Origin: an uncultured Candidatus Obscuribacterales bacterium
Lineage (GTDB): Bacteria > Cyanobacteriota > Vampirovibrionia > Obscuribacterales > Obscuribacteraceae
Assembly (NCBI GenBank): GCA_964615655.1
Contig: CAZTQO010000018.1
Location: forward strand, 854 to 64,853
Length of the DNA stretch: 64,000 bases
Reading direction: 5' to 3'
The notes under the pieces were generated by a model. It saw only the letters and a list, made by a program, of their open reading frames with translations. It did not search any database and was not told where the DNA came from. Positions 62,392 to 64,000 of the stretch are shown in pieces. A program made the position numbers and the translations under genes. The first letter of the stretch is position 1. Every line of letters starts with the position of its first letter.

Positions 62392-64000
62392 CTATACCAT
62401 AGATAGCTGAAGTGAAAACCAGAAGATCGCCCCCTTGCCTTCGATAGACTGGCAGCCGATCTTGCCACCATGCTGCTCCACGATTCTCTTGCTTATTGGT
62501 AAACCGAGTCCTGTTCCATCGCTCTGGTCGTCCCCAGCACCTGACACGAAGTCTTCGAAAATGCGTTCCTGCATTTCTTTGCTAATGCCTTTGCCGGAGT
62601 CTTCGATCAAGAATATAAACTCACCATTCTCATTGGTGTTGCTCGTCAGGAAGACTGTCTGACCCTCGTTGGAGAACTTGATTGCATTCGACAGCAGATT
62701 GATCAAAACCTGTACCAGGCGCTCAGCATCAGCTTTAATCAGTTTGTCTTCGACCCTGTTTAGCACTGCTATTCTTCGCTTTTCTGCAAGCGGTTGTACA
62801 TAAGCAATTGCTCTTGCCGCAAGCGACGATGATTGTAAGTCTTCAATTTTAAGAACAAACTTGCCGGCTTCCATTTTTTCAATGTCGAGGATATCATTGA
62901 TAAGTAAAATCAATCTCTCTGTCCCCTGTTCGGCCTGCTTGACTCTCGATGCGTTCCTTTCGGATAATTCGCCTAGCGCGCCGGATGAGATAATGCCCAG
63001 TGAAACTTGTATTGCTGACAGCGGTGAGCGCAATTCATGGCTTGCTATTGCCAGCAACTTTTGCTTCAGTTCCTGTTCGTGTTTGAGCGAATCGGCTGCG
63101 TCGTGAAAAGCTCTGTCGAGCTGGGCAATTTCATCAGAGCCCGAGACCGGAGGCAGCAATGGTTCTTTCAAGAGAATGCGTTCGGCATTCTCTTGAACAT
63201 GTATGATTCGCTTGCTTATGTTTTGGCTCAGATACACAGCCATGCAAATCGCGCTAATAACATTTGCTGCTATACCTAAGAGCAGCATTTTGTCCAGGTC
63301 TTTGACAATATTCTTGAGTATTTTGGCTCCGCTTGCCTCCAACTCTTCTTCACGAGTAGCCAGATTGTTCACATCTCTGGACAGCTTATTCCAACTTTCC
63401 AGATAGTTTCTTAAGATCATGGCATCGGCTGTTTCTGCGCTTAGTCTTCGTTTTCTGCTTTCGGCAAGGATCCACTTTTGATCATTGTTGATCTCGACAG
63501 CTGTCTTTTTTATGGATTCACTATACGCCATTCTTTCGGGATCGCCTGCGCAGCTCTCCTTGAAGCGGTCAAGCGACTCCTGGATGCGTTTGGACTGGCT
63601 TTTATACAGGTCTGTCACATCGATGTCGATGCCGCATAGTAAGGTAAGCATGGCGGAATCTGCCAGGTCCTGACCCACTCGTTGAGAAACGGAGATTACC
63701 TTCCTTGCCTTTGCTTCGCTGTCGATATGAAAGTTGGCTTCTTGAAGCAACATGGCAAGTGTTCCCAGCAGAACAACTTGCGTCAGGAGCGGAATTCCAA
63801 TAAGTATCATGCCTTTGTATCTGACACGAAAGTGGAAAGGCTTCTTTACTTTTTCAGCGGTCTGAGCAATTGTTTTCCCGGTGGACTGCGGCTCTGGGGC
63901 TTTACCAGGAAGGATAATCTTGAACCTGCTTCCCTCGCCTGGTTTTGAAATTATCTTGATTGTACCTCCGTGAGCCTCGACGATGGCTTTTGAGATGGAT
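62392..64000 (-). CDS. Sensor histidine kinase; the ORF stays open upstream of Met 63810 to the window end and there encodes the tail of another HATPase_c domain (partial)
   Basis: Two TM helices, a HAMP-like linker, HisKA (ASHELRSPLSAI) and HATPase_c (DSGKGI, GTGLGLPISKRIVEQHGGKIG). Hand translation of 63811-63999 in the same frame gives SISKAIVEAHGGTIKIISKPGEGSRFKIILPGKAPEP..KKPFHFRVRYKG-M with no stop. Confidence 0.8.
   Translation of the reverse strand, partial: SISKAIVEAHGGTIKIISKPGEGSRFKIILPGKAPEPQSTGKTIAQTAEKVKKPFHFRVRYKGMILIGIPLLTQVVLLGTLAMLLQEANFHIDSEAKARKVISVSQRVGQDLADSAMLTLLCGIDIDVTDLYKSQSKRIQESLDRFKESCAGDPERMAYSESIKKTAVEINNDQKWILAESRKRRLSAETADAMILRNYLESWNKLSRDVNNLATREEELEASGAKILKNIVKDLDKMLLLGIAANVISAICMAVYLSQNISKRIIHVQENAERILLKEPLLPPVSGSDEIAQLDRAFHDAADSLKHEQELKQKLLAIASHELRSPLSAIQVSLGIISSGALGELSERNASRVKQAEQGTERLILLINDILDIEKMEAGKFVLKIEDLQSSSLAARAIAYVQPLAEKRRIAVLNRVEDKLIKADAERLVQVLINLLSNAIKFSNEGQTVFLTSNTNENGEFIFLIEDSGKGISKEMQERIFEDFVSGAGDDQSDGTGLGLPISKRIVEQHGGKIGCQSIEGKGAIFWFSLQLSMV

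Overview
Densely coding bacterial chromosomal window with about 60 credible CDS. I found no rRNA, tRNA, CRISPR array, transposase or integrase by eye. All domain calls come from motif recognition in the supplied or hand-made translations; no database search was run. Recognisable housekeeping genes are pepA (M17), an M24B Xaa-Pro aminopeptidase, coaE, rpsR, pyrB-pyrC, murF and a glycogen debranching enzyme. They are interspersed with many lineage-specific hypothetical proteins. Several of these are long, Q/N/S/P/G-rich and low-complexity, and lack signal peptides. Base composition is visibly mosaic. Sampled lines run about 60-67% GC in 1-2630, 5700-7500, 8400-9700 and 13500-17900, against about 35-48% in most of the rest. 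Every high-GC gene throws a long spurious shadow ORF on the opposite strand in the track. The most interesting item is a minus-strand ORF absent from the track, open from ATG 2631 to the window edge. It fuses a catalase-related hemoprotein to an alpha-dioxygenase/COX-like heme peroxidase, which would be a one-polypeptide oxylipin machine. The fusion hinges on an 8-nt homopolymer at the domain junction. Other items are listed below.
- A high-GC orphan ClpB-D2-like AAA+ ATPase lies next to a decayed AAA_14 gene.
- A mini ParB/Srx-like gene sits behind a strong-RBS 10-codon uORF and a three-tier hairpin leader.
- A histidine-kinase ORF remains open upstream into the tail of another kinase catalytic domain.
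- Two tandem paralogues carry poly-Gly tracts.
- A giant LysM protein contains near-identical internal DNA repeats.
- Short tandem duplications recur in intergenic DNA, one set directly upstream of an OmpR-type regulator.
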